Positions 7,700 to 17,393 of a stretch of 64,000 nt of DNA are shown piece by piece (within the stretch, counting starts at the first letter, position 1; each line of letters opens with the position of its first letter). The notes beneath the pieces are model-generated. The model made no database searches, was not told the DNA's origin, and saw nothing but the letters and a program-made list of their open reading frames with translations. The translations under genes were made by a program, and so were the position numbers. Source of the stretch: a virus (taxonomy: Duplodnaviria > Caudoviricetes); IMG/VR virus record IMGVR_UViG_2565956925_000004, positions 6,955 through 70,954 of that record. One strand, written 5' to 3'.

Positions 7700-9988
7700 A
7701 TGACAGATTCAAATCACAATAATCCAGTTTTATCTTATGATGAGCTTGGCTTTATCATTGGTATGAAACGAGTTGAAAAAAAAGTAAGTACGATTGATTC
7801 AAATATTGAAAAGATTATCGAAATTCTTACTCAAAGCTTTGAAGAGCAAAAAGCACAGTTTGCTAAGCCTCAGCCTAAACTGACTGAATTTCAAAAAATG
7901 CTTAATGCTGTCAATAATAGACCAGTATTAGACTTCGAAGATTTATTAAAAGAAAAAGCAAATCCAATCACACAGCCTTTTGTTGTAGCCGACAAGTTTG
8001 TGAAAGACTTTGCTGATGAATTAGAGCAATCAGTTAGTGACCTTAATTCAGCAAATAAAGAACGAATCAACCAGCCAAAGGTACAAAAGCCAGCTATAGA
8101 AATTAATAGTCATGAAGATTTGGGTAAGATCGTAAGTTCATCAACACCAGAACGTGATGAGAAAGGGCGTTTTGTTTCTAATCAAGAAGATGTTAAAAAC
8201 CAATCCGCTATTAGCAAAGTTGCACAAACTATTACCACGGCGGTAAAAGGTGTAATGCCGAACTCACCACAAGGTGTTGATCCTACAGTTGATGCAATAA
8301 ATGAAGTTAGTCACTTACTTTCACCTGTACGCCGTGCTGCTGGTTTAGCGATGCGACCATTAACAGGTTTTATGCGTAGTAGAAAACGGAATGAACCTTT
8401 ACCGCGAGAACAAGAAAATCATAACCGCAAACAAATAAAACTATTGCAGCGTATAGCTGATAATTTAGCGTCTAAAGGCGGTTTGCTTGGCTCTATAGGG
8501 AAATTACTTACTACAGCCCTATCAGCAGGCAGTGGGCTGTTAGGCGGTGCCTTAGGTAAAGGAAAGAAAGGTGTAGGGAAATTAGGAAAGGGCTTGGGTA
8601 AACTTCTCAAGTTTGGCCGTGGTCTACCCGTAATTGGTGCACTTGCTGCTGGTGCATCATTGTTAGATTGGAATGAACAAAGTACACAAGAAAAGGGCGG
8701 TACAGTTGGTAGTCTTGCTGGTGGGGTGATCGGCGGTACGGTAGGATCCATATTTGGTCCAGCTGGTACCTTGATTGGTGGTATGGCTGGATCTTGGATA
8801 GGTAACCAGCTTGGTACAGCAGTTGCGCCGTATTTTAAAGAGTGGACAGATTCATTAATAGCTGCAGATGTACCAGGTATTATTAATACTGCTTGGAAAG
8901 GATTTGTAAGTTATGCATCTAATGCTTTTGATCAGGCGAAAGGCACTGCTTCAAAAGTTGTAGATGGCGTTAAAGATACTGCTGGTGATACCTTAGATTT
9001 CATTAAAGATAAATTTAACAGATTTAATCCCTTTCATGACGGCGTTCCAACATGGGGAATCGGTCAAGGCGTTTATAAGCCGGGCTTTGGTGCAAATAAA
9101 AATGTACCTGCTTATGGATCAACTATTTCTCCAATTGGTGAAAAAACTAAGGAAAAGCAACTTGCAGTTTACAATGCTATGAAGAAAGCTGGTTTTAATG
9201 ATAATTGGGCTGCTGGTTTAACTGCTTCCGTTGGTCGAGAAAATGATTATCGAGATGAATATTTGTTTGGTAAACATCAAGATAAAGCTGGTGGAATAAA
9301 TATGGGAATGATTTCTTGGCAAGGAGCCCGTAAAGACCGGCTTACGGCATATATGAAGGAAAGGGGATTACTTGATGCAAACGGTAATATGGTACGGAGC
9401 CAAGCAGCTTTAGATGCACAAGGTGCATTTATGAAGCATGAAATCGAAACGAATCCAGAATATGCTTCAGTTAAAGCTTATATGCAAAAAAAACCAAATG
9501 CATCAAAAGAAGATATTGCCCGAGTTCTCGGCACAAAATATGTAAGATGGGCGTATGGGCAAACAAAGCTTCGCAATGGGAAGTCATTTGATTATAGACC
9601 GCATTTAGAAAAGGAATATAAATACAGAGCTAACATTGATAAAACTGTTCAGGAACAGAAAACAAATCTACCTAGAGAAAATACCCCAGCTGTATCAGGA
9701 TTGAAATCAAGTCATATTGTGGCCAATACAAAAGCTAAAGTTGCTAGTGTTTTAAGCACCCAAAAAGCTATCGTTCCCCAAGCTACTACAAAAGCAAAAC
9801 CTTCATTAAATAATCAAAGTAAATTATTAACTAATGTCACGCCGTTTAAGCAACCTTTAAATACTCCTAACCCACAGGAAGTTGTTGTTGTAAATCAGAA
9901 TAATGGTAACATCGGGCAGAATGTTAATGACCGTTTCCTTGCTCATGCACTTACTGGTGGCATTGGAATGTATAAGAATGAGGCTTAA
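7700..9988 (+). CDS. Tape-measure-like tail protein with phage tail lysozyme domain
   Basis: Gly/Ala-rich hydrophobic middle; AGLTASVGREND...GMISWQGARKDRL...QGAFMKHEI resembles the Phage_lysozyme2 family. Confidence 0.7.
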   Translation: MTDSNHNNPVLSYDELGFIIGMKRVEKKVSTIDSNIEKIIEILTQSFEEQKAQFAKPQPKLTEFQKMLNAVNNRPVLDFEDLLKEKANPITQPFVVADKFVKDFADELEQSVSDLNSANKERINQPKVQKPAIEINSHEDLGKIVSSSTPERDEKGRFVSNQEDVKNQSAISKVAQTITTAVKGVMPNSPQGVDPTVDAINEVSHLLSPVRRAAGLAMRPLTGFMRSRKRNEPLPREQENHNRKQIKLLQRIADNLASKGGLLGSIGKLLTTALSAGSGLLGGALGKGKKGVGKLGKGLGKLLKFGRGLPVIGALAAGASLLDWNEQSTQEKGGTVGSLAGGVIGGTVGSIFGPAGTLIGGMAGSWIGNQLGTAVAPYFKEWTDSLIAADVPGIINTAWKGFVSYASNAFDQAKGTASKVVDGVKDTAGDTLDFIKDKFNRFNPFHDGVPTWGIGQGVYKPGFGANKNVPAYGSTISPIGEKTKEKQLAVYNAMKKAGFNDNWAAGLTASVGRENDYRDEYLFGKHQDKAGGINMGMISWQGARKDRLTAYMKERGLLDANGNMVRSQAALDAQGAFMKHEIETNPEYASVKAYMQKKPNASKEDIARVLGTKYVRWAYGQTKLRNGKSFDYRPHLEKEYKYRANIDKTVQEQKTNLPRENTPAVSGLKSSHIVANTKAKVASVLSTQKAIVPQATTKAKPSLNNQSKLLTNVTPFKQPLNTPNPQEVVVVNQNNGNIGQNVNDRFLAHALTGGIGMYKNEA

Positions 9989-9990
9989 TC

Positions 9991-10515
9991 ATGAAAAGAC
10001 TTTTAACTATAATTGCTACTAGTTTGATGGTAACTGCAGTAAATGCTAACCCTTTAACAGAGTTTCCAAAAAATGCACAAAATGCTCAGTATCTTGCATC
10101 ATGCTCAGCATATATAAATCAGTTTTTAATTATTGATCGGAAATTAGGTACAGGTGTGGTGAGTCCAAAAACTACAAATACAGCACTTACTAAAGTATTT
10201 GCATTTGGATATGCCTCAATTGCTTTATCAAATGAGCAAGAATATTCAAGGAATTACACTAAAGCTTTATTGGATATGAAAAGCACAGAAGATAAGTATT
10301 TAAATGCTGGGGCTTCTAAAATTAAAGAATATACAGATTATTTGTCAAAGCATGTAAATGAATGTGTTCCTAAATCTACTAAAACAGTTGAAACTTTGCA
10401 GGTAGAACTTACCTCTTTTATGCAAGCTATGAAACAACCTGAACATCAACCTTTGATGAAAGGAATTCAAGCAACTTTATCTATGACGAATCAAAATCAC
10501 ATTAATGCAAATTAA
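9991..10515 (+). CDS. Secreted hypothetical protein
   Basis: Signal peptide MKRLLTIIATSLMVTAVNA; two Cys. Confidence 0.7.
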   Translation: MKRLLTIIATSLMVTAVNANPLTEFPKNAQNAQYLASCSAYINQFLIIDRKLGTGVVSPKTTNTALTKVFAFGYASIALSNEQEYSRNYTKALLDMKSTEDKYLNAGASKIKEYTDYLSKHVNECVPKSTKTVETLQVELTSFMQAMKQPEHQPLMKGIQATLSMTNQNHINAN

Positions 10516-10530
10516 TAATCCCCTATAAGT

Positions 10531-10562
10531 AAAAGGGATTGAGTCAATCAATCCCTTTTTTT
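10531..10562. terminator. Bidirectional intrinsic terminator
   Basis: AAAAGGGATTGA-gtcaa-TCAATCCCTTTT between convergent genes. Confidence 0.8.
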
Positions 10563-10564
10563 AA

Positions 10565-11419
10565 TTAAGAACGGTACATATCTAAGTATTTTTCTTCTGA
10601 AATATTACATAATAACTTAAAGAAGTTCTTTCTTGAGTCTGGAGTAAGCTCTTGACGAGGCAAAGGTAGAAGTTGATCTACTGCACCTACTGGCCCCCAA
10701 GTTGAAGTAAAAGGAACAGGAATATTGATAAAATATGCTTTATCAGAAATAACAGCAGCGTCTAAAACCTCTTTTACTTCTTTATATCTAGGATACCTTT
10801 GAGCGGTCAAAAATAATCCGTCAAAAATCACATACGCATTAAAATCTTCTAACTCAACTAATAATATTGCACCCATAAGAGGAAGGTTAGTTTCAGGACC
10901 ATCTTCGCGGCTAAAACCAGGTGTAGGTTTGTTATGGGTAGCAAAAAGAAGTACCTGAATACACTCAGGCATTTTTATATATTCTATAAGATTTATGCAG
11001 TTTTCTGTCGTATTGCCATGACTACCCCTTACTGCAAGATATTTGTCTTGTTCATGAAAAGCAGCATTTTGAAGATTAGCGTGCGGCAGATACTCATTTA
11101 AAGATTTATTAATATCTTTAGTTTTTTTAATGATACTTCTTAAATTATCAAAGCCACTTTGATCTATATCTGATTTCTTTAACTCTTTGTTAATCCGAGG
11201 TAAGCGTATTGGAGTTGCAAGAATCAAATCATTTGAATAGTAGTAATCATTCAACTGTTTTTCAATCTCATCTAAATCTATCGGAGCAAAGCTTTTTTCC
11301 AGTCGAGCTACAATGTCCTGATTCATGGACCGGTTTAATTCTTTAGCTGAGTCGGCAATCTTATCTTTCAATTCTTGCGGCATTCGAACTTTGTATTCGA
11401 CACCTAGATGTTTACTCAT
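10565..11419 (-). CDS. Arc-family ribbon-helix-helix repressor with large C-terminal domain
   Basis: YKVRMPQELKDKIADSAKELNRSMNQDIVARLEKSF. Confidence 0.85.
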   Translation of the reverse strand: MSKHLGVEYKVRMPQELKDKIADSAKELNRSMNQDIVARLEKSFAPIDLDEIEKQLNDYYYSNDLILATPIRLPRINKELKKSDIDQSGFDNLRSIIKKTKDINKSLNEYLPHANLQNAAFHEQDKYLAVRGSHGNTTENCINLIEYIKMPECIQVLLFATHNKPTPGFSREDGPETNLPLMGAILLVELEDFNAYVIFDGLFLTAQRYPRYKEVKEVLDAAVISDKAYFINIPVPFTSTWGPVGAVDQLLPLPRQELTPDSRKNFFKLLCNISEEKYLDMYRS

Positions 11420-11460
11420 AAGAAATTCTAAAGCAGTGAAAAGTTAAATAAATAATAATG

Positions 11461-11559
11461 AACCCCAGTGGGGTTGACAAGAGGGGGAGAGAATAATAAA
11501 TTTAAACCACCCCCAGTGGGGGTGACCCCGAGTAATCTTGCCGGATCGAACTCGGGGTC
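11461..11559 (+). promoter_or_regulatory. Antirepressor promoter with two palindromic operators and a leader hairpin
   Basis: AACCCCA-G-TGGGGTT (11461-11475) overlapping TTGACA (11474-11479); TAAATT 11497-11502; CACCCCCA-G-TGGGGGTG (11508-11524); hairpin GACCCCGAGT/ACTCGGGGTC (11524-11559). Confidence 0.75.
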
Positions 11560-11591
11560 TATCAAAAATCACATGAAAAAAGGATATTGAT

Positions 11592-12500
11592 ATGACTAAT
11601 TTATCATACATACCACAAGTTGTGTCATTTCATGGCACTGAACTCTTCATTGTTGAACATGAAGGGCAACCCTATGTTCCAATGCGTTCAGTTGTTCAAG
11701 GAATGGGGCTTGATTGGGCGGCACAATTTACCAAGTTAAAACAAAGGTTTGCAACCTGTGTTGTGGAAATAACAATGCAGATATTGGGAGATGATCAGTG
11801 CCGTGCTCATACATGTTTATTGCTTAGGAAATTACCTGCATGGCTCTATTCAATAATGCCAGGTAAAGTTAAACCTGAGATTCGTGACACAGTAATCATG
11901 TATCAGCAAGAATGCGATGACGTATTGTGGAACTACTGGACAAAAGGACAGGCACTCAACAAGCGCTTTACTATTTCTCCAGAACAACAAAATGCATTAC
12001 ACGAGATAGTTGATCGCCGTGCAGGAAAAGATCGAAGTCTAAGAGTTTCGATGTGGATACGTCATAATAGGCACTTTAATATTTCAAAATATAGTCAATT
12101 ACTCTCAATTCATTTTAATGATGCGAAGCAGTACCTTGAAACGATGCCACTTCAAAATTTTGCTCCCACTGAAACAGATACGTTACAACGGTTAGAGAAG
12201 TTTGTAGATAATCTTGCAGCACGTTATCCCGCATTAGAAACTCCCCTTGCTTATGACATTGCACATCAATTAGGTGAGAAGCTAAAGTATCAATCTCCAA
12301 AAGGTCCGAAAAACTTTTGGATATCGATTCAAGAAAACGGCGTTATTTCTGTTCATCAATATTCACTTCATTACACACCCATTAATGTTGTGCAATTGAG
12401 TGAAAAGTTTAATGGCTTATGGGAGTTTTTACATAAAGATGAGGTGCTTGAGCTTGGTAAAGTATTAAAACGCTTTCCTTATGAACCTGTGAGAGCATAA
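11592..12500 (+). CDS. ant: Phage antirepressor (P22 Ant N-terminal domain plus ORF6C-like domain)
   Basis: VSFHGTELFIVEHEGQPYVPMRSVVQGMGLDW..Q...RKLPAWL.SI.PGKVKPEIRD.VI.YQ.ECDDVLW.YW. Confidence 0.85.
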   Translation: MTNLSYIPQVVSFHGTELFIVEHEGQPYVPMRSVVQGMGLDWAAQFTKLKQRFATCVVEITMQILGDDQCRAHTCLLLRKLPAWLYSIMPGKVKPEIRDTVIMYQQECDDVLWNYWTKGQALNKRFTISPEQQNALHEIVDRRAGKDRSLRVSMWIRHNRHFNISKYSQLLSIHFNDAKQYLETMPLQNFAPTETDTLQRLEKFVDNLAARYPALETPLAYDIAHQLGEKLKYQSPKGPKNFWISIQENGVISVHQYSLHYTPINVVQLSEKFNGLWEFLHKDEVLELGKVLKRFPYEPVRA

Positions 12501-12693
12501 GGGCTTATAAATATTTTAAGATGTTCTTTAATAGAACTCCCCGCTAAAAAGAAAGCTAGTATGAAAAATCTAGCTTTCTATGCTAAATCTTAATTCTGCA
12601 AATGTGTTTATTTTTTAATTAGATTATATGAAAATAAGAAAAAAAGGTATAAAATTCAGGCTATTAATCATGCTTATTAATTAATGGATATTT

Positions 12694-14979
12694 ATGAATA
12701 CTAATGATCAAAAGAAAATAATCAATTGGATTAAGAATGAAAAGTTCTCACATCTAAATTTTTTAGAAGAAGAATGGAATACTTCGGATAATGATTACTA
12801 TCCTGGATATTATTACTTTATACTTGATATGAAAAATGATAATAATGACTTTGTTTTTGATGAAATAGTTAAAAGAAAAGGATCGGAGGCAGAAGCCTAT
12901 TTTTATCTTGGTTATGTCGCAGGAAAAATATTTGATTATAATAAATCAAGACATACCGAATTAGGATTTTATCGAAAGGCTTTATTGATAGATAGCAATC
13001 ATGCAGATGCAAATTGGAGTGTATTTTATTATACAAATAAAATTGATCATTTGCTAAAGTGCTTAAACTATTTTTATAAGAATGATGAAATCCAAAAAAT
13101 TAAAAATGTATTAAATAATATATATGATCTAGATGGTTTAGAAGAACTGAGTAGAGAGGAATTGTTATTTTTAAAAAAAATATTAAATCATAATGAACTT
13201 AGAGGTAATCGAAATATTGATAGGATACTAATTGATTTATGTTTTTGCTTGGGTGATTTAGAAGAAGGATTGGAAATTATTAATAATGTAGATAAGGTAA
13301 ATTATAGAATTATTAAAAAGTATATTGATGAAAATTTAATTACTTTGGAAGACTCTCTTTTAAAAATAAATAGTTTTGAGTTAGGAAAAATAAGAAATTG
13401 TGACAAAAAGAAAATCTATGAAGTTTTTTTAAATGAAGCGAAAGCTGGAGGGCCTAACCCTACCATTGATGTGTTGATCCAAAAAGCATATGAGGCAAGA
13501 AATTTTAATGATGTTATTTCACACTTTGAAAAAGCTAACAAAGAAGATAAATTAATAGCAATAATAGATTCACATTTATATTATCTATTAGCTCAAATAG
13601 AGTTGGATAGAGATTCTAATAAGCAAATATATGAATATGTAATTAATAAGTTTAATGATTTAAATTTTCTAAAAAATGATAAAAATTCTTACTTTCTATT
13701 TTTAATATTGAAATTTAAATTAATATGTAAGGATCTTGAAAAAAAAGTGAAAGAAAATTATTTTTCGAATTTTTCAATTGAAAATTATTCAATTTTTAAA
13801 GAAGCAGAAGAAATATTAAAAAAAGATGAAGTTGTAAATAATATAATTTACACTAAATTAAAAGGAATGTTAAATGGTATTAAAGATAAATACCATAAAG
13901 AGAAATTAGAAGAGAAATTAAAAGAATATGGTGACAGTTTATCCTTAGAGGAATTTGAACTATCTGAATTTAATGAATATTGCTACGTAAGTATTTCATG
14001 TGAAAATTATGAAAATACAATTGAGAATATTAATAAATTTCATAAATTCAATAGGCCTACAATGAGCACTTTAAACTCTTTATCAATTTGTTATATGCAT
14101 ATTAATGATTATAAAAATGCTTTTAAATATTCTAAAGAAGCCTTGGAGTGTATGAGATCTTCGAAAGAATATGATTATATCGTCATTAATAATTATCTGG
14201 ATTTATATAAGAAGGCTAATTGTGAGGATGTTTCAAAAGAAGAATATAATAAACTTGTAGATGAATTTAATCTGGGCTTGGTGAAGAGTTTTAGGTGGAA
14301 TAATTTTCTTTCTACTAGATTTAATGTCCTATATAAATATTCTCCATTTAATGTTAATACAATCGATGCTTTAACAAATCAGTATTTCTTCTTACCTAGT
14401 AAAAGATTGTTAAATGATCCTATTGAATTACCGGAACTAAGTAAAATTCGACCAGATACACATATACTTGAAAATTATAATATATGTTCATTTTCTAATA
14501 ACGAGAATTCGATGTTAATGTGGTCACATTATGCTCAGCAACATCAAGGGATTATGGTTGAGTACTTCTTTGGAGGGGAGTTACCTTTTGGGTATGGAAT
14601 TAGTAAGGTTGACTATGCTGATGATAAAAAAAGATATAAAGATAAAGATGAGTATATATTCAATCAGTTTCTTTTAACTAAAAATAAAGATTGGTCTTAT
14701 GAAAATGAAGTCCGTCTTTTTACCTTTTTGAATAATAAAGTTGAATTTGAAACTTATAAATATCCTAATCCGGACAGGACAAAGATTAATGCATCTATTA
14801 AAAGTATTACATTAGGCTTAAATTTCCCTGAGGATAAAAAGAAATTAATTGGAATAATTGTGAACACTTTAAATGCTAAAAAGTTACCACATGAATCTAA
14901 GATTTCAGTTAAACAAGCTTTTTTGTGTGAAGATAATAGCTATGCTTTAGAGTATAGAGAACTATTACTAGATTATTAG
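12694..14979 (+). CDS. TPR-like repeat protein with C-terminal DUF2971-like domain (candidate defence moron)
   Basis: TPR-like helices (AEAYFYLG..YRKALLID; YKNAFKYSKEALE); LYKY..LNDP..ICSFS..LMWSHYA..H.G..TK..W.YE.EVR; very AT-rich. Confidence 0.75.
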   Translation: MNTNDQKKIINWIKNEKFSHLNFLEEEWNTSDNDYYPGYYYFILDMKNDNNDFVFDEIVKRKGSEAEAYFYLGYVAGKIFDYNKSRHTELGFYRKALLIDSNHADANWSVFYYTNKIDHLLKCLNYFYKNDEIQKIKNVLNNIYDLDGLEELSREELLFLKKILNHNELRGNRNIDRILIDLCFCLGDLEEGLEIINNVDKVNYRIIKKYIDENLITLEDSLLKINSFELGKIRNCDKKKIYEVFLNEAKAGGPNPTIDVLIQKAYEARNFNDVISHFEKANKEDKLIAIIDSHLYYLLAQIELDRDSNKQIYEYVINKFNDLNFLKNDKNSYFLFLILKFKLICKDLEKKVKENYFSNFSIENYSIFKEAEEILKKDEVVNNIIYTKLKGMLNGIKDKYHKEKLEEKLKEYGDSLSLEEFELSEFNEYCYVSISCENYENTIENINKFHKFNRPTMSTLNSLSICYMHINDYKNAFKYSKEALECMRSSKEYDYIVINNYLDLYKKANCEDVSKEEYNKLVDEFNLGLVKSFRWNNFLSTRFNVLYKYSPFNVNTIDALTNQYFFLPSKRLLNDPIELPELSKIRPDTHILENYNICSFSNNENSMLMWSHYAQQHQGIMVEYFFGGELPFGYGISKVDYADDKKRYKDKDEYIFNQFLLTKNKDWSYENEVRLFTFLNNKVEFETYKYPNPDRTKINASIKSITLGLNFPEDKKKLIGIIVNTLNAKKLPHESKISVKQAFLCEDNSYALEYRELLLDY

Positions 14980-15104
14980 GTATTATGATCTTGTTGCTAT
15001 GATATTATTTTACCTATAAATCCATAGTCATACATTTTCTTATTTACAGTTTTTTATTTGGAATTAACCTGAAATTAAAGCCAGCTAAGAAAGCTGGCTT
15101 TTTT

Positions 15105-15521
15105 TTACTTAACAAAAACTTGTATAGCCTTTGATAGATTCTTAATAATTATTTCTCTTTCATAGCGAGAATCAAAAGTTTTAGGATTTTTTACATTGAG
15201 AACTTTCTGCTGAGCTAGTGTCAATGGAATCTTATCGTTTTTGTTATTAACTAGGGAATTATCGATATCGATTAAAGTGTTTAAATCAGCAGTCTTTTGA
15301 ATATTCAGCCACTGGATTTGAACATTCATTTGAGGAAAAGTTGCATTGAAAAAGGGAGTAAATTTTTTAGTAGAAATTGATATTTCTTGGCCCTTGTATT
15401 TACGAACAATTAATTCATTTGTATTGCAGAGCAAGATATCCGCATAAACCAAGTCATTGCCAAATTGTTGAATCTTATTTGGTTCAAGGTGAATCTCTTG
15501 ACCCTCATAAACAAAATACAT
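15105..15521 (-). CDS. Hypothetical protein
   Basis: 138-aa ORF followed by a terminator hairpin at about 15079-15104. Confidence 0.6.
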   Translation of the reverse strand: MYFVYEGQEIHLEPNKIQQFGNDLVYADILLCNTNELIVRKYKGQEISISTKKFTPFFNATFPQMNVQIQWLNIQKTADLNTLIDIDNSLVNNKNDKIPLTLAQQKVLNVKNPKTFDSRYEREIIIKNLSKAIQVFVK

Positions 15522-15650
15522 TTAAAACTTCCATATAAATAAATTAGTGATGTTTCAGCCATTCTTTGTGGCCTATTATTCAGTTGTATCATTTAATTAG
15601 ATGATATGTGTAGTTTATTTTTTAATAAGTGCAACGCTTTGAAACTTGGA

Positions 15651-15716
15651 TGGAACCTTTCTCATTTTGTTAGGTTAGGGAATATCAAAATAGCCTCATT
15701 GATAAGAGGTTATTTT
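15651..15716 (+). promoter_or_regulatory. GGAAC-N30 element, copy 3
   Basis: GGAAC 15652-15656, AAAAT 15687-15691, hairpin AAAATAGCCTC/GAGGTTATTTT holding the SD, ATG 15718. Confidence 0.8.
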
Positions 15717-15717
15717 C

Positions 15718-17034
15718 ATGGGCAGTCTTAATCTTGCAGCTGTAACAGCTACCACTCCATATATTAAAAAAATCCAATCTGCATTAGCAAAAGCAACAGG
15801 CCAAACTATCGTTACACCAGAGTTTCGAAAAATTAAACGCGTTGCTGGTGTCAGTGTTTTACCAGTTACTTTTTTCTTTTCTGGTGGTGCAACACTTACG
15901 CTTTATGTTCGTGCTTTAGCAGATGTGGTCAAGGCAGAACTTAATGAAAAAGTGATTGTGCTATCAGGTGATTTTAGTGATGACTATAAGCCAACTTTTG
16001 ATAATGCTGTTAATGGTGTAGCAAAGCTAATTCGTGAAGCACAATCACAGATTCAAGCTCAAAACAAACGTGAAAAAGTGCGTCTTCCTCCACGCCGTAC
16101 TTCAGTAGATCAAAAGGCTGTAGAGGTTGAAGAACAAGAACAAAAGCTTGATGAAGAATTAGTAAAACAAACGGCGCAACGGGATCAACTTTTGGAAAAA
16201 ATTGAACTAGCCAAACAGCAGCTTGGTAACAGTTCTATGACGGAGGCTGGTCAATCCGAATTGGGAAAGTCGATTAGTGAAATCGTATCAATTTCCACTG
16301 ATTCCAGCGCAAATATTTTCAAAGAAAATAAATTATCAAACCTTTCTGATACTGTAGAATTGACTATAGATAAGTCTATGAAGTGGAAGGACATAGTGTC
16401 GAAATATTTGGGAAGTGATCATCCACTTTCAATTGAAGAACAGGAAGAAATTGTTAAAGAATGGGTAAGTCAAAATGAATTAAGAATTCTAAAAAATGAT
16501 CTTTTAAACTCAGATGAGATTGTTAAAAAGTCAAAAGAATATGGTCTAACTTTACCAGAACAAATTGCAATTCGTTATTGGTCTGGAACAGGTTGTGGGG
16601 GAATTAATGGTGTTTTACATCGAACAATTCCTTATTCAAAAGAACAAGTTTTAATTGAGTTAAAAGGCATTTCTCTATTGCGACAAGCATTAGATAAATT
16701 GCCAAATTACAATGAGGAGGTCGTTTATTCGCGACAAGAATTACCTCAAAATTTACTTGAATCGATGCTGAATTATGAGACTTATATTACTGAAGGTTTT
16801 TTAGCAGCTAATAGACAATTTGACCTATTTTCTCAACGTAAAATTAGACTTATCATTCAATCCAAAACTGGAAAACACATTGAATGGATCAGTGAGAATT
16901 CCGATACAGAAGATGAAGTCTTGTTTAAAAATTCCACTTCGTTTAAAGTATTAAACATAGCAGATTCAACGACAGATGAATCTATTGAAATTGGTCATAT
17001 TTGGTTCTACTTAGAGGAGGATGATAATGAATAA
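15718..17034 (+). CDS. Hdf/DarA-N-like virion protein fused to an ADP-ribosyltransferase domain
   Basis: N-terminus K..RVAGVSVLPVTFFFSGGATLTLYVR..ADVVKAELN plus coiled coil resembles P1 Hdf/DarA-N; C-terminus AIRYW..INGVL..AL.KLP..VYSR..EGFL..GKHIEWIS...EDEVLF...FKV resembles VIP2/C3-type ART. Confidence 0.7.
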   Translation: MGSLNLAAVTATTPYIKKIQSALAKATGQTIVTPEFRKIKRVAGVSVLPVTFFFSGGATLTLYVRALADVVKAELNEKVIVLSGDFSDDYKPTFDNAVNGVAKLIREAQSQIQAQNKREKVRLPPRRTSVDQKAVEVEEQEQKLDEELVKQTAQRDQLLEKIELAKQQLGNSSMTEAGQSELGKSISEIVSISTDSSANIFKENKLSNLSDTVELTIDKSMKWKDIVSKYLGSDHPLSIEEQEEIVKEWVSQNELRILKNDLLNSDEIVKKSKEYGLTLPEQIAIRYWSGTGCGGINGVLHRTIPYSKEQVLIELKGISLLRQALDKLPNYNEEVVYSRQELPQNLLESMLNYETYITEGFLAANRQFDLFSQRKIRLIIQSKTGKHIEWISENSDTEDEVLFKNSTSFKVLNIADSTTDESIEIGHIWFYLEEDDNE

Positions 17035-17245
17035 AGTAATGTTAAATATGCCTCTTGAATTACAGATGAAACGAGCTAAAGAAGCTGGTTTAACATTGCA
17101 AGAATGGCAAAAGGCAATGGAAATTAAATTAGCGAAAATGCGCCGTAGTGCTGTTCAATCAATGAGACCTACAGGTAAATTTGTTTCAGTTTCTCGTGCT
17201 GATGCTGAACGTTTCCAACGAAAAATGGATTCAGCAATTGCATAG
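17027..17245 (+). CDS. Small basic protein translationally coupled to the ART fusion
   Basis: GAGGAGG RBS, overlaps the ART stop; followed by a terminator. Confidence 0.65.
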   Translation: MNKVMLNMPLELQMKRAKEAGLTLQEWQKAMEIKLAKMRRSAVQSMRPTGKFVSVSRADAERFQRKMDSAIA

Positions 17246-17298
17246 ATTGCTTCAAGAATTTTTTAAAAAAAGGCTGCTTAATTGCAGTCTTTTTTATT

Positions 17299-17338
17299 GG
17301 AAGTTGAATTAGTTTGTTCGAATAAATTAGGGAAAAAT
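17299..17338 (+). promoter_or_regulatory. Orphan variant GGAAG-N30-AAAAT with no downstream gene
   Basis: GGAAG 17299-17303, AAAAT 17334-17338, flanked by two near-identical terminators. Confidence 0.5.
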
Positions 17339-17393
17339 AAGTTAGAGATTTTTTAAAATTAATAGACTGCTAGATTGCGGTCTTTTTTGTTTT

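Noticed and set aside
15058-15100. TTGGAAT as another GGAAC-type promoter
   Set aside because: No -10-like pentamer at +30 and no + strand gene downstream; runs into a terminator
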